From Mobula hypostoma (Eukaryota), in the NCBI RefSeq assembly GCF_963921235.1, contig NC_086097.1, forward strand, positions 52,268,001 to 52,332,000: DNA of 64,000 nt, in the 5' to 3' direction. Positions within the stretch are counted from its first letter, which is position 1. Each line of letters begins with the position of its first letter. This document shows, in pieces, positions 37,135 to 50,300 of this stretch. Made by a program: the position numbers and the translations under genes. The notes under the pieces are model-generated. The model saw nothing but the letters and a program-made list of their open reading frames with translations. It was not told the origin of the DNA and did no database searches.

Positions 37135-38075
37135 TAACACACACAAAATGCAGGAGGAACTCAGCAGTCCAGGCAGCATCTATGGAAAAGAGTAAACAGT
37201 CGACATTTTGGGCTGAGACCCTTCATCAGAAACAGGAAGGAATGGGAGAAGTCAGAGTAAGAAGGTGAGTGGAGGGAGGAAGAAGTACAAGGTGGTAGGT
37301 AATAAGTTGAAGTCGGGAGGGGATGGGGATGAAGTAAAGAGCTGGGAAGTCAATTTGTGAAAAAAATAAAGGGCTGGAGAAGGGGGAATCTGATAGGAGA
37401 ACACAGAAGGCCATGGGAGAAAGGGAAGGGGTGGAGCACCAGATGAAGGTGGTGGGCAGGTAAGGAGATGAGGTGAGAGAAGGAAAAGGGAATCAAGAAA
37501 TGGTGGAAGGGGGGCATTACCAGAAGTTTGAGAAATCGATGTTCACGCCATCACCTACCCAGATGGAATATAAGGTGTTGCTCCTCCAACCTGAGTGTGG
37601 CCTCATCGCGTCAGTAGAGGACCGACATGTCGGAATGGGAATGGGAATTAGAACTGAAATGGGGTAGCCACCGGGAAATGCCACTTTTTCTTGTGGGTAG
37701 AACAAAGGTGCTCGCCGAAGCGGTCTCCCCATCTATGTCGGGTCTCGGCGACATACAGGAGGCCACACCAGGAAGCACCTAACACAATAGCTGCCCCCAG
37801 TAGTCTCACAGGTGAAGTGTCTTTGGGGTCCTGAATGATAGTAAGGGACGAGGTGTAGGGGTAGGTGTGCCACTTCTGCTTGCAAGGGTAAGTGCCAGGA
37901 GGAAGATCAGTGGGGAGGGAGGTGTGGACAAGGGAGTCGCATGGGGACCGATTCCTGCGCAAAGTGGACTGTGGGTGGGAGGGAAAAATGTGCTTGCTGT
38001 TGGGGTTCTGTTGGAGAGGACAGAAGTTACGGAGAATTGTGCTCCGGATGAGGAGCCTTGTGGGGTGGTAGGTGA
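37135..38075 (-). mobile_element. Penelope-like element 3' part with GIY-YIG endonuclease remnant
   Basis: ORF 37648-37962 CGLLYVAETRHRWGDRFGEHL; PVATPF; SNTLYSIWV..NIDFSNF; decayed hammerhead at 37197-37232. Confidence 0.88.
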
Positions 38076-38639
38076 TGTGTCACAGAGGAACAGATGTCAC
38101 ACCTGCCTCAGGCAGCGATGGGAGCAGGCCGATGACTAAAACCTCTATTGACGGAATTAGGATGGGCAAATGGGGGTTCAGAATATGATTAGTGGGTGGG
38201 GCAAATAATATCTTGACTCAAGTTCTTTGATAAATAGAAGGTGACCAAGGGGAATTTAATGGGGTCCCAAACTTGTACAGTGTTGAGCTACCAATTACTC
38301 AGCTCTATGAGCTTGTGCACAAAGAAACTAGGAGGGAGAGTTGTCAACAACTAAGTGTGATGCCAGAAGGTCTGTAAAATATAAGGCTTCTGGTGATATA
38401 AATTGCTTCTTCATTAAAATACCAACAAGAAATTGGTCACAGTCAGAATTTTGAACGGGGGGGGGGGTCCTTTCAATACTTTATAAATTACAAGTGAGTG
38501 TTTAAAATTATGTTATTTAACTGAACAACAAACACTAACATGACTTTTTTAAACTGCTTGCAAACTAGAATATTTTACATATAATTGCAAAATGATGAGA
38601 GAACTGGTCCACTGTATAACCTGCACTTTGTGGGTATTT

Positions 38640-41480
38640 AGAGCCACAGAAAGTACAATACAGAAACAGGCTCTTTGGCTCATCTAGTCCATGCTGAAAC
38701 CATTTAGACTGCCTATTCCCATTGATCTGCACCAGGACCATAGCCCTCCAAACCCCTACTATCCAAACATCTCTTGAACATTGAAATTGAGCTCGCATGC
38801 ACCACTTGTGCTGGCAGTTCATTCCACACTCTCATGGCCCCCTGAATGAAGAAGTTTCCCCTCATGTTACCCTTAAACATCTCACCTTTCCCCCTTAGCC
38901 CATGACCACTGGTTCTAGAACCACCCAACCTCAGTGGAAAAAGCTCACTTTCATTTACCCAATCTATACCCCTCATAATTTTGTATACCTATCAAATCTC
39001 CCCTCAATTTTCTACATTCTAAAGAAGACAGTCCTAACCTATTCAATCTTTCCTTATAACTCAAGTCCTCTGGACTCGGCAACAACTTTGTAAATCTTGT
39101 CTGTACTCTTTCAACCTTGTTTAACTCCTTCTTGTAGTAGGTGATCAAAACTGCACACAATGCTCCAAATTAGGCCTCACCAACACCTTATATGACTTCA
39201 ACATAACATCCCATCTTCCGTATTCAATACATTGATTTATGAAGGCCAATGTGCCAAAAGCTTTCTTTACGACCCTATCTACCTGTGACACCATTTTTAA
39301 TGAATTATGGACCTGTATTCCCAGATCCCTTTGTTCTACCGCACTCCTCACTGCTCTATCATCCACTGTGTAAGGCCTACCCTGGTTGGTCCTACCGAAG
39401 TGCAAAACCTCACACTGGTCTTATTTGCTACAGTTGATAGGCTCACACATCCTCCTATATCAGTAGCATCTGAACTTCTATCTGCCAAGTCATGTAATGA
39501 CCTTGCATTCTTTTTTACTGACAAAGTTCAGAAGATTAGACATGCTGTCAGTGTCTCTGCATCAGGTCAGAAGTCAGCGTCACCCTTTCACTCACTTAGA
39601 ACTAATTCAGTTAAGATGACACAATTCAAACTTACTGACCTTAAAACTTTAGAAGAAATTGTGCTACACTTGAGATCCTCCTCCTGTTCCCCTGACATTT
39701 TACCTACAACCTTTTTAAAAATGTTTCTAGTTGCATGGCGCCAGACATTCTGCAAATAGTCAACTCTTTTCTTCCATTAGCTGCTTCTCAAAATCCCCGA
39801 AAACTCCAGTTATTGAGCCTCTTTTAAAAAAGAACAATCTAGATGTCTCAGTAACTAATAACTCCAGGCCTATTTCAAACTTACCATGCTTAAGTAAAAT
39901 CATGAAAAACTTGCTGATCAGCAATTTAATAGCTTTTTGGCACTAAGCCACTGTATGGATGTTTTCCAGTCTGGATTTTGACAACCCCATAGCACTGAGA
40001 CTGTTCTGGTCAAGGTTTTAAATGGCATTCACTTAAACCATGATGACGATAACATTTCAGTTTTGGTATTACTGGATCTTGGTGCTGCTTTTGACACAGT
40101 TGACCACAGCATATTACTTGACAGACTGGAAAACTGTGTGGGAGTTTCCGGTATAAGCCCAAGGTAGTTTAAATCATATTTACAGGACAGGGACTATTTT
40201 GTATTCATTGGTAGCTGCATATCTAACCAAATTCCATCTGCCATTTTCAGCCCATTTTTCCAGCTGATGCAGATCTCTCTGCAAACTATGACTGCCTTTC
40301 TCACTGACCACTATACCCCCAATCTTGGTGTCATCTGCAAATTTACTGATCCAATTAACCATATTATCATCTGGAACATTGATTTAGATAACAAACAACA
40401 AAGGACCCAGGACTGATCCCTGCAGCACACCACTAGTCACAGGCCGCCAGTCAGAGAGGAAACCCTCTGCTACCATACTCTTACATCTCCCACAAAGTCA
40501 ATTTACTACCTCATCCTGAACACCAAGCAACTGAACCTTATTGATCAGCCTCCCATGTCAGTCCTAGTCAAGTGCCTTTTTAAAGTCCATGTGGACAGCA
40601 TCCACTGTCTTGCCTTTATCCACTTTCCAGGTAACTTCTTTGAAAAAATTTATAAGTTTGGTTAGACATGACCTACCACACATGGCGCCATGCTGACTAT
40701 CGTTAATCAACCTATGTCTATCCAAATACATATATATCCAGTCCTTTAGAATACCTTCCAATAACTTTCCCACAACTGATGTCAAACTCACTGGCCTATA
40801 ATTTCCTGATATATGTTTTTTAAACAGCAGTACAACATTGGCTATCCACCGTTCCTCTGATACCTCTCCTGTCACTCAGGAAGATTTAAATATCTCTGCT
40901 AAGGCCCCAGCAATTTCTGTACTTGCCTACTGTAGGGTACAAGGGAAACTTTGCCAGGCCCTGGGGATTTATTCACCCTGATTTGTCTCAGGGTGGTAAA
41001 CACCTCCTCCTCTGTAATCTGTACAGGGCCTATAAAGTTGAAGTTGCTTTGCCTCACTCCTATAGACCCTGAGTCCATCTCTGAGTAAATACAGATGAAA
41101 AGAACTCATTTATGATCTCCCCTATCTGTTTTGGTTCAACACACAAAATACCATCCTGGTTCTCCAGAGGACTAATTTTGTTCCTTGCAAAACTTTTGCT
41201 TTTAACATATCTGTAGAATCCCTTAGGATTGTCTTTCACCTTGTCTGCTTGACCAACTTCTTGCCTTCTTTTAGCCTTCCTAATTTCTAAGTGTTCTCTT
41301 GCACTTCTTGTACTCAATAAGCTCCTAATTTGTTGCTGCTTGCCTATACTGGCAATCACCTCCTTTTTTCCTCTTAACCAGTGCTTCAATATCTCATGAA
41401 AACCAAGGTTCCTCACATTTGTTATCTTTACCTTTTATTCTGAGAGGCACATACAAGCTTTGTACTCTCAAAATTTAGAA
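38640..41480 (-). mobile_element. CR1 LINE (second subfamily), interrupted by an L2 fragment
   Basis: NYRPVSLTSVVGKLLE; ISKFADDTKIGG; DLGIQVHNSLK; RGNFFIQGAMRVWNELP. Confidence 0.93.
39418..40230 (+). mobile_element. L2 LINE internal RT fragment
   Basis: LFATVDRLT, RPISNLPCLSK, FQSGF..HSTETVLVKV, LLDLGAAFDTVDH. Confidence 0.9.
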
Positions 41481-41927
41481 TGTCAACCCCTGGACTAGAC
41501 CTATCTTTTCACATATTTACTTTGTAACTAATGGCATTGTGATCACTGGATGCAAAATGTTTCCCTACACAAACTTCACTAATTTATGGTGTTGAATATA
41601 CTCCAATGTAACAGGACTGGCAAAGTACCAGGACAACTAGCTCTATAGCTGACTTATACCCTGTAGGGCAAGGCTGGATCAAACAGAGGTTGGTAGGATG
41701 ATAACACGAGTAAGGATAAGCTAAGCATTTGAGAATGGATATCTGCAGAAACTGAATATTTATAGTTTTAAAAAAATCTTTTGTCATCTTTATTTTCCAG
41801 TAAATGCCTGCAAGAAAATTAATATCAAAATAGCTTTTAGTAAAATATTCTATTTTGAAAATAAATTGACTTTGACTTCAACTTTGACTTTGAAACCATC
41901 CAAGATCAAGAACAAGAATTTTCTATG

Positions 41928-42150
41928 CAACACACACAAAATGCTAGAGGAACTCAGCAAGTCAGGCAACACCTATAAAGGGAAATAAACAGTCAATGGA
42001 TATTCATTTATCAAAACAAAACTGATAAAGGGTCTTGGCCCAAAACATTGACTGTTAATTCCCTTCCATAGATGCTGCTTGACTTGCTGAGTTCCTCTAG
42101 CATTTTGTATGTGTTCCTCAAGATTTCCAGCATCTGCTAAATCTCTTGTG
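41928..42150. mobile_element. Short Penelope-derived fold-back element
   Basis: Arms about 41928-41998 and 42046-42115 are reverse complements; decayed hammerhead ctgataaagggtcttggcccaaaacattgactg. Confidence 0.8.
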
Positions 42151-42481
42151 TTGCTGATTACAGTTGCAGTTTTTCTCCTTTTCTCTCTGATGAAGCTCCT
42201 TCCTCCAGCTCAGAGCTCCTCACTAATGGCCCACATTCTCTTCCTGCTGATATGTGGAGAGCACAAATGCTGCCACACTATTCTCTCTTCTAAATTTCAC
42301 ATCAATTAAAACCTTACAAGTGAATATTGATTGGGAATCTCACACAAGAAACTCACAACTTCCGATTATAGTTAGGGGTAAAATAATTCTTAGAGATCCT
42401 GAGATCCTTTAGCCAATTGAGATGTCCAGTTTATTCCATGTGCTTGAGAAGAAATGCTTGGAAATGCTTTGAAATGCTTTG

Positions 42482-43232
42482 ATTAGGAAAAGGGGAGGTG
42501 CAACGAGACCTGGGTGTCATTATACACCAGTCATTGAAAGTGGGCATGCAGGTACAGCAGGCGGTGAAAAAGGCGAATGGTATGCTGGCATTTATAGCGA
42601 GAGGATTCGAGTACAGGAGCAGGGAGGTACTACTGCAGTTGTACAAGGCCTTGGTGAGACCACACCTGGAGTATTGTGTGCAGTTTTGGTCCCCCAATCT
42701 GAGGAAAGACATCCTTGCCATAGAGGGAGTACAAAAAAGGTTCACCAGATTGATTCCTGGGATGGCAGGACTTTCATATGAAGAAAGACTGGATGAACTA
42801 GGCTTGTACTCGTTGGAATTTAGAAGATTGAGGGGGGATCTGATTGAAACGTATAAAATCCTAAAGGGATTGGACAGGCTAGATGCAGGAAGATTGTTCC
42901 CAATGTTGGGGAAGTCCAGAACAAGGGGTCAGAGTTTGAGGATAAGGGGGAAGCCTTTTAGGACTGAGATTAGGAAAAACTTCTTCACACAGAGAGTGGT
43001 GAATCTGTGGAATTCTCTGCCACAGGAAACAGTTGAGGCCAGTTCATTGGCTATATTTAAGAGGGCGTTAGATATGGCCCTTGTGGCTACGGGGATCAGG
43101 GGGTATGGAGGGAAGGCTGGTGCAGGGTTCTGAGTTGGATGATCAGCCATGATCATAATAAATGGCGGTGCAGGCTCGACGGGCCGAATGGCCTACTCCT
43201 GCACCTATTTTCTATGTTTCTATGTTTCTATG
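42482..43232 (+). mobile_element. Young 5'-truncated CR1 with uninterrupted ORF2 C-terminus (42498-43133)
   Basis: 211 aa without stop or frameshift; tail (tttctatg)x3. Confidence 0.95.
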
Positions 43233-43559
43233 AAAGCTTTGTCTAAGATCAGTAGTCTCCCTTCACCCACCTGTTTCAAACCAATGCATTTCTGGAATTA
43301 TTGATACAGAGAGAAGGCATATCTTTTAAGGTTGTTCCATCATGGTTTTAGAGAATACAATGCCATAATTATTCCTTTGAGTAGGTAATAATGAGCTCCC
43401 AATACAATCAGTCGATGCACACATGACCAACCCCAAATTGGACAATTATAGCATTCAAGGATGCTGAAATGTCTCCGGACCCAAAATCCTCTCACAAAAT
43501 TGACAGTAGGTTACATCAGATTTCAAGAACATTTGCAACGCTCTGGATGAATCCAACAT

Positions 43560-45140
43560 GACTAATTGCTAGTCTGCCTGCTGCCTGTGTCATCAGCCAA
43601 ATGACGGCGAGTGATGTCAGTTACACCGTCAAGCTGTAGCAGGTCCCAGACAACAGCTAGCGACTGACTGATTTGTGGCAGATAACATACACATCACTGA
43701 AGACCAAGGGAATGACTGTCTCCAACAAGAGCAAATCTAACTACTTCCACTTGACATTTATCTAAATTAACATCAATGAATCAACCAACATTAACATTCT
43801 AGTAAATGTTCTTCATCAGAGCTTTCATTGGATCAAATACAGTAGTTTTGTAAGAGTCTGGGTATTCTGCAGTGATTTATTCATTCTCCATTCCATTTTT
43901 TATGACTATACTGTTCAAATTCAAGTTTATTGTCATCTGGCTGTACATATATACGAGTAAATGAAACAAAGTTCCTCCAGACCACAGTGCACACACACAA
44001 CATATATCATACATAGCACATAAACTAAAATCTTATAATATAAATAAGTTAATAAAATATAATTCAAATGCATGTAGTAAAGCACAGCACAAGTAAACAG
44101 TACAGTAAATAGCTCGCTGCCCTAGTGACAGGACCTCAGTGGTGGCAGGCTATTCATTGGTCTCGGCCTGAAACGTCGATTGCGCCTCTTCCTATAGATG
44201 CTGCCTGGCCTGTTGCGTTCACCAGCAACTTTGATGTATGTTGCCTGAGGGAAGAAGCTGTTACCCACTCTGACAGTCCCAGTCCTGATGCTTCTGTAGC
44301 TAATAGGTCAAAGGGATTGTGGGATGGGTAGTAGGGATCCTCAACAATGCTTTGGGCCCTTTGTCTGCAATGCCTGGTGATGCTCTGTTTTTTACTGTCC
44401 TCTGTAGGGTCTTGTGGTCCAATGTCTTATAGCTTCCGTAAAAACACAGGCAGGACACTCTTGATGGTCCTCCTGCAGAAAGTTGTTAGAATGGGGGTGG
44501 GGATGCTTGCTTGCTTCAATCTCCTCAGTAATTATAAACACTGTTGTGCTTTATTGACTAGTGAGAACGTGTTGTGGGTCCAGGTTACATCAGCAGTAAT
44601 GTAATCAATGAGGATTGAACTAATATACAAAGACTTTTAAATTAGTGCAGTTGAACTTCACTAATAACAGTAGCAGGTACAACAGCATATCAAAAGTCAT
44701 ACCACATATAGCATTTCCACCATTTCCAAGGTGCACTAAATGAGTGCAAGGAAATACTCTTTTTTTCTGGAAGGGTGCAGCTTCAATAAGGCTGGTACTT
44801 TCTGGGCCATAGCATCCTACTCCCATCTTTCTCTTCTGAACATTCATTCTCTCCTCGCCATGGCTGTGGGCTGTAGAATCTGTATCTCACTAAATCTTCT
44901 TCAACATCACATTCCAAAATATGATGTCTGCACCTGAAAAAATGGATGATAACTGCAGGAAGGAACCGAATGCTGACTCTGCCTCACCAAAGCATCTCAT
45001 GTTGTCACCCTAACAGTGTCGAATTCATGGAACTCTATCCCAAAGAGTACTGTGAGAACATGTCCTGCATAGGCCTGAGGTAGCTCAAGATGGCCGATCA
45101 CCACCTTTACAAGCATGGTTACACTTAGGCATTAAATGCT
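43560..45140 (+). mobile_element. Ancient LINE (family of 2570-4050) split by a Rex1 insertion
   Basis: aatgactgtctccaacaagagcaaatctaac (43710) and ccaccatttccaaggtgcac..gaaatactct (44717); 3' tail near 45090-45140. Confidence 0.6.
43915..44612 (-). mobile_element. Rex1/Babar 3' fragment with Penelope stub at about 44160-44245
   Basis: ttcaaattcaagtttattgtcat tail; cttcaatctcctcag..ctgttgtgctt; stub tctcggcctgaaacgtcgattg..gatgctgcctggcctg. Confidence 0.75.
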
Positions 45141-45159
45141 GATCATTTCCTAAATTTAA

Positions 45160-45410
45160 TGCCCAAACTGAGACTTTCACAGCCTGTCCAAAAGGACAGT
45201 TGGCAATATTTAAAGAATGGAGAGTTTTCCTGTACTTTGACAATGTTCTCATAACCCTGTCCCACTTGCTGCAGTTTGAAGCATGCCATCACATTTATTT
45301 GTTTGTTATGCCTTTCATGTAACAGTGTTCACACTTTGAAAATTAATTCACTTTTGTGAAGCATTTTAGAACATCCTGCAGTCTTGATCAGGCATTATAA
45401 AAATCAGAAG
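45160..45410 (+). mobile_element. DeuSINE remnant
   Basis: aacagtgttcacactttgaaaattaattcacttttgtgaagcattttagaacatcctg..aggcattataaaaat resembles the DeuSINE 3' tail. Confidence 0.55.
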
Positions 45411-45899
45411 TATTACTAATATACAGAGGATATTTTATTGCAGTGACAAGTCCAATAAAAGTCTGCACACTCCTAAGTGTGTTTTTAAATATTGCTGCTG
45501 CAACAAAAGGATTTTCCACGCGGGATCAATAAACTATTATTATTAAAGTCAAAATGTAACAATACTATTAACTTTTTTATTAAAAAGGTAATTTGAGAAC
45601 GTAACAATTACTTAGTAAACATTAATCATTGCCACCAGAAAAATTAAAATTAATATTAATTTATTCTAGGCATTCTTGGATCATTCATGCCCAGGTTGAA
45701 AGAATGACTGATAGAACGGTTCAATACATGGCATTTAGGGAATATTGCTTTACACAATCAGTCGTGCATCCTAAGTTGCTACACTTGAGCAATCATTTTC
45801 TGGGCAAGGTAGTTGTGAACGGTGCACTCCAAAGAAAGAACATATGTAATTGTGCTTCCAACATGCTCTGCTGTGACTAAAGCTTTTGAACTAATCACG

Positions 45900-46480
45900 T
45901 TGTTTGTTACAGCTAACATAGAATGCTGGAAGAAAGAAAGGGATTCGTTTTACCGATCTGAGAAGAGACTCTATTACTGAGTGCTTTCTCTCTTCCTCTC
46001 TCTCTCTCTTTGCTGTGCAACAACAGCAGTATATCGCTATATTAACGTAAACAACACAGGAAATCAGTCATTCATTGTTGCCATGGTAGCACCGGGGAAA
46101 TCCATTTTATTACAGTCCGCTGTGCCCCTTCACAGGAACACGGCAAAGCTAAAATTTGGATTGAGGTTGGGTGCAAACAGTCATTAATATACAGTAACTG
46201 TTTTTTTTAACATAGATGGTCTTTCTTGGGGCGGCGGGTTAAGGAACAAACACCCCTTCACAACAGCAGTTGATAGGGGAACAGAAAGTCGTTTGGGGTG
46301 GGTCAGTTGGTTATAAGAAAGGAAGCAAGCCTTCAGAATGTTTCTAAAATGCTTAATGTTTTAGCTTAAACCAAAATTCCCTATTGATTTCACCCAATGG
46401 TTCGTGAGAAACTCAGAAAGCAGCGAGCGCATTGCTCAGAAAGTACTGAGAAATCTCTGCCAAGGAGCAAATAACGTTCT
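45900..46480 (+). promoter_or_regulatory. Putative Pol II promoter
   Basis: TE-free with CpGs retained; FOX-like GTAAACAA (46047), ETS-like CAGGAAAT (46057), RFX X-box GTTGCCATGGTAGC (46077-46090), GC-rich ggggcggcggg (46228), CCAAT (46394). Confidence 0.45.
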
Positions 46481-46756
46481 TGCTCAGAGCTAGGGATGAG
46501 AGGAAAGAGGTCGGTGCGCAAGGAGAGAGGGGCTGAATGAGGGAGAGAGAAGAGGGGAAGTTAAAGCAGTCAGAAAGAGAAGGAAGTGGGAGATCTGCTG
46601 CTTCCTGTAGACAGAATGATGATTGAAGACAAAGCTGGGTGTGGACTCGTCTCCCAGGGCTGCTGCTTGCACAGCTGCTAAGCTTGGAATCTCCTGCACA
46701 TTTAGCCTATTTTAAGAAAAGGAGAGTGTATATCTGACCTTGGTTCGTCGTAGAAG
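46480..46756 (+). other. Putative first non-coding exon (start uncertain)
   Basis: Purine-rich, UTR-like sequence ending at candidate donor AAG|GTAAAA (46756/46757), then AT-rich intron-like DNA. Confidence 0.35.
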
Positions 46757-48659
46757 GTAAAAATTACCGTTTTCCGTCACTGTTTTTAATGTCACTGGAA
46801 AAAAATGATTAATGTAATTTTAATGCCCACTTGATTTGTATTTATAGCTGTTGTATCAGCCTACAAAATGGTTAAAGAAGTGTTCCTAATTATTCAGTGG
46901 CCTAAGGTTATCAGTATCTTTGAAATAAGCGTGTTGTGCAGTATATTTGTGAATTATGTTAGAGAAAGCCAGTGTCTTTAGTGTGAAACCTTGTGGCTAA
47001 CAAACGTGTAGCTGTTAAGGAGAAGGCTAGCTCCTTTCAAAGAGGGTGGAATGGCTTCACTGTAATTCATTTATTCAGCTTCAGAATTTGAACTACATCA
47101 TTTAGTAATACTTTAAAAATCTTGTTCTAAAGAACACACTGTAACAGCGACAACTATGTTCTCCGGTTAGCCACATAAACTATGGAGAAGCCTGCATATA
47201 TTTTTCTGTAAAAAATATATTTTCCTATTCAAGTTTTCAGCTGTTTCTTGTAAACCATTTTCTGAACAAATAGAGCCAAAATACCGGAACAGTGAAATGT
47301 TACCTGAAATAAAATTTAAAGTTTAATACTGAATTGACTTTTGTACGCTGTTGAGACTACAGAATATGGTATACAGCCGCGTTTTTTCATAATAACTGAA
47401 ATTTTGCGTGAGCCACTCTATCAAGAAAGAAAAAAGGCATCGATACGCTAACCAGTAATAGCATTTAATTAGTAACATATCTGCTATTTTTGAATATTGT
47501 TATATCACATGACTTATTTACATTTTATTTCCTCCATTTTACTGAAGAAATGTAGACACTTCAAAATTCACCTTATCTCAAACGGAATCTTAGCTACATC
47601 GTTTGATGCTTTCTGAATCGGAAAAGTATATATCCTGTAATACGTTAGCATTTCCGATCAACAAATATTTTTGATATGAAATATCAATCAAAATACAGGT
47701 TATTACTTGAATGGATAGGAATATCTAAAGTGTCCAATGAAATGAATGCATTTTACATATTTAATGGTAAGTTCTGTTGAACTGATGTGTGGAATAAATG
47801 GGGCATTACCCAAACAACGGGGGGGGGGGGGATGAGAGACAGGAAATACTGTATACGAAGTAATATATAAACATGTCTGCTTTAGTTGGCTCTTGTTGTT
47901 ATGCAAGTTGATTAATTTAATCCCTGCATTCTGTGTCCAGGGTTAATGTGCACCAGAAAATGTAACTAATTCACAAAAGAGAATCATTTGGGAAATTATA
48001 CCCACACAAGAATCTGATAGATCACAACCCAAAGGAATTTATGTTGACCCCTCCCAATCTGTTACTGAAATGCTCTAGATCTAACACAGCGACAGACAAT
48101 CCAGGGTCAAATTTCAGGTTTACAGTCTCATGTACATTCCCTACTCCCAGTCTGTCACATGGAACGATGACTGGAATTTGATGGGCAGCTGATTTCAATA
48201 ACATTCGAATCAGTCAGTTGTTCACTGGCAATTGTTACTTTACCAATGTTTAAAATGATATCTGGATTAGATTACCAAATCATGAACACGAAGTATTGTT
48301 TTAATCCTTTACGTCATTTTGAATCCAATAACTAAAGTGAAGAGCGCCTTTCATTTCTACGAGAAGCCTCAGATTGATGCGGATATCAATCCATGAATGG
48401 CCTATCATTGTCTAACAATGGGCTATTGTGTATAGATAGATAAATCAACACCAGGTGTTTGCATTGAATTAGAAATGATCACAATAGTCGATTTATACAA
48501 GTTCAAATATAGCTTTTAAACGGCATGAGGAGAGCACTGTGGAAACTAGCACCACTATTTCTCATTGTTAGTACCATTATCACAATATTGGAATTGTGTA
48601 GAATCAAGAGTCATGTACACGAACTTAATAACGTGCTACTGCGTTATGAATGTTTAGAA

Positions 48660-48752
48660 CAGGGGTTCTCAATCTGGAGTCCACTGACCCCTTGCTTAAT
48701 GGTATTGGACAATGGCATGAAAAAAATTGGGAACCGCCCCCCCCCCCCCGCC
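48660..48752. mobile_element. hAT MITE, same family as 12699-12779, opposite orientation
   Basis: CAGGGGTTCTCAA...TTGGGAACC; 8-bp TSD GTTTAGAA at 48652-48659 and 48753-48760; poly-C expansion in the right TIR. Confidence 0.8.
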
Positions 48753-48829
48753 GTTTAGAACAAATTGTCTTCTGTATATTCTGAATGTTAAACAAAAACG
48801 TGTTTTACTTGTTGAATGTAAAACAAATG

Positions 48830-49530
48830 AGGATCAGCGAGATCATGGGGGCCATCTCCTTAGGACACGCAAAATTGCTGCGCAGGTTGACAGTGTTGTT
48901 AAGAAAGCGTATGGTGTGTTGGCCTTCATCAACCATGGGTTTGAGTTCAAGAGCTGAGAGGTAATGTTACAGCTATATAGGACCCTGGTCAGACCCCACT
49001 TGGAGTACTGTGTTCATTTGTGGTCACCTCAGGATGTGGATACTATAGAAAGGGTGCAGAGGAGATTTACAAGGATGTTGTCTGGATTGGGGAGCATGCC
49101 TTATGAGAATAGGTTGAGTGAACTTGGACTTCTCTCCTTGGAGTGACGGAGGATGAGAGGTGACCTGATAGAGGTATATAAGATGATGAGAGGCATTAAT
49201 TGTGTGGATAGCCAGAGGCTTTTCCCAGTGCTGAAATGGCTAACATGGGGAGGCATGGGTTTAAGGTGCTTGGAAGTAGGTACAAGGGACTTGTCAGAGG
49301 TAAGTTTTTCACACAGAGTGGTGGGTGCGTGGAATGCACTGCCAGCGACGGTGGTGGAGGCGGATACAATAGGGTCTTTTAAGAGACCCAGATAGGTAGA
49401 TGGAGCTTAGAAAAATAGAGGGCTATGCGATAGAGAAATTCTAGGCAGTTTCTAGAGTAGGTTACATGGTCAGCACAACACTGTGGGCCAAAGGGCCTGT
49501 AATGTGCTGTGGATTTCAATGTCTCTATGT
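48830..49530 (+). mobile_element. CR1 3' fragment
   Basis: LYRTLVRPHLEYCV; RGDLIEVYKMMRG; 3' tail. Confidence 0.92.
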
Positions 49531-49844
49531 TAAAATGCAGAAGAGCTCCAATATCAAAATTGTTTTTAGTACGTGAATTAGAAACTACTCTGATAAATGG
49601 TAGAATCCCTCCAATAGTGATTGGCAACTTGGAGAAATATTTCAGAACACATGACTGAAATTATTCTAAACTATTGCATAGAATAATCTGAAATTTATTG
49701 CTTTAAAAGTACCAGAAAAAATACACTAATTAGTCAATCACAATACAAGAAAAATATTCTGGGGGCAGAGAAAAACATGATCATATTTATTTAGTTTTAG
49801 TTCTGCTTTCCCCTTTAATCTTATGCATGTCTAATGCATTTCCA

Positions 49845-50300
49845 AGTTCAAGTTTAATTGTCATTCATCCATACACATGAGTACAGCCAAATGAAAGTGT
49901 TCCTCTGGAGCCAAGGTGCAAAATACAGAACCACAGTCACACAGCACCTGTAGCACATACTATGATAGCAGAAACAGTGACAAAAAATATTTGAGAATTA
50001 ATATAACAGCCCAAGTCCCTGAGTGATCATGGCCTGTAGAATGATGGTGCATGAATGTTGTCTGTTTCTGCAAGAACAGCCCGTAGCATTCCTCATAGTG
50101 CAGCCGCAGTTGATCACCATCCAGCTTGTCTCCCACTGAGTGAATACTGGAGGGTAACCCTGATAGAAGGGACAGCCCCCAACCCAACGTAGACTCCAGT
50201 GGTACATGCCCAGCTCCGGCATCTCCTTCCTCAGCGGCCTCACGGGTATCTCCAAGGCTTGAATGAGACCTGGTCTGCACCACAGCTGAGGTCACACAGC
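49845..50300 (-). mobile_element. Rex1/Babar deletion derivative (5' endonuclease start joined to 3' tail)
   Basis: Tail aagttcaagtttaattgtcattc; LPSSIHSVGDKLD..EECYGLFL resembles the Rex1 ORF start. Confidence 0.5.
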
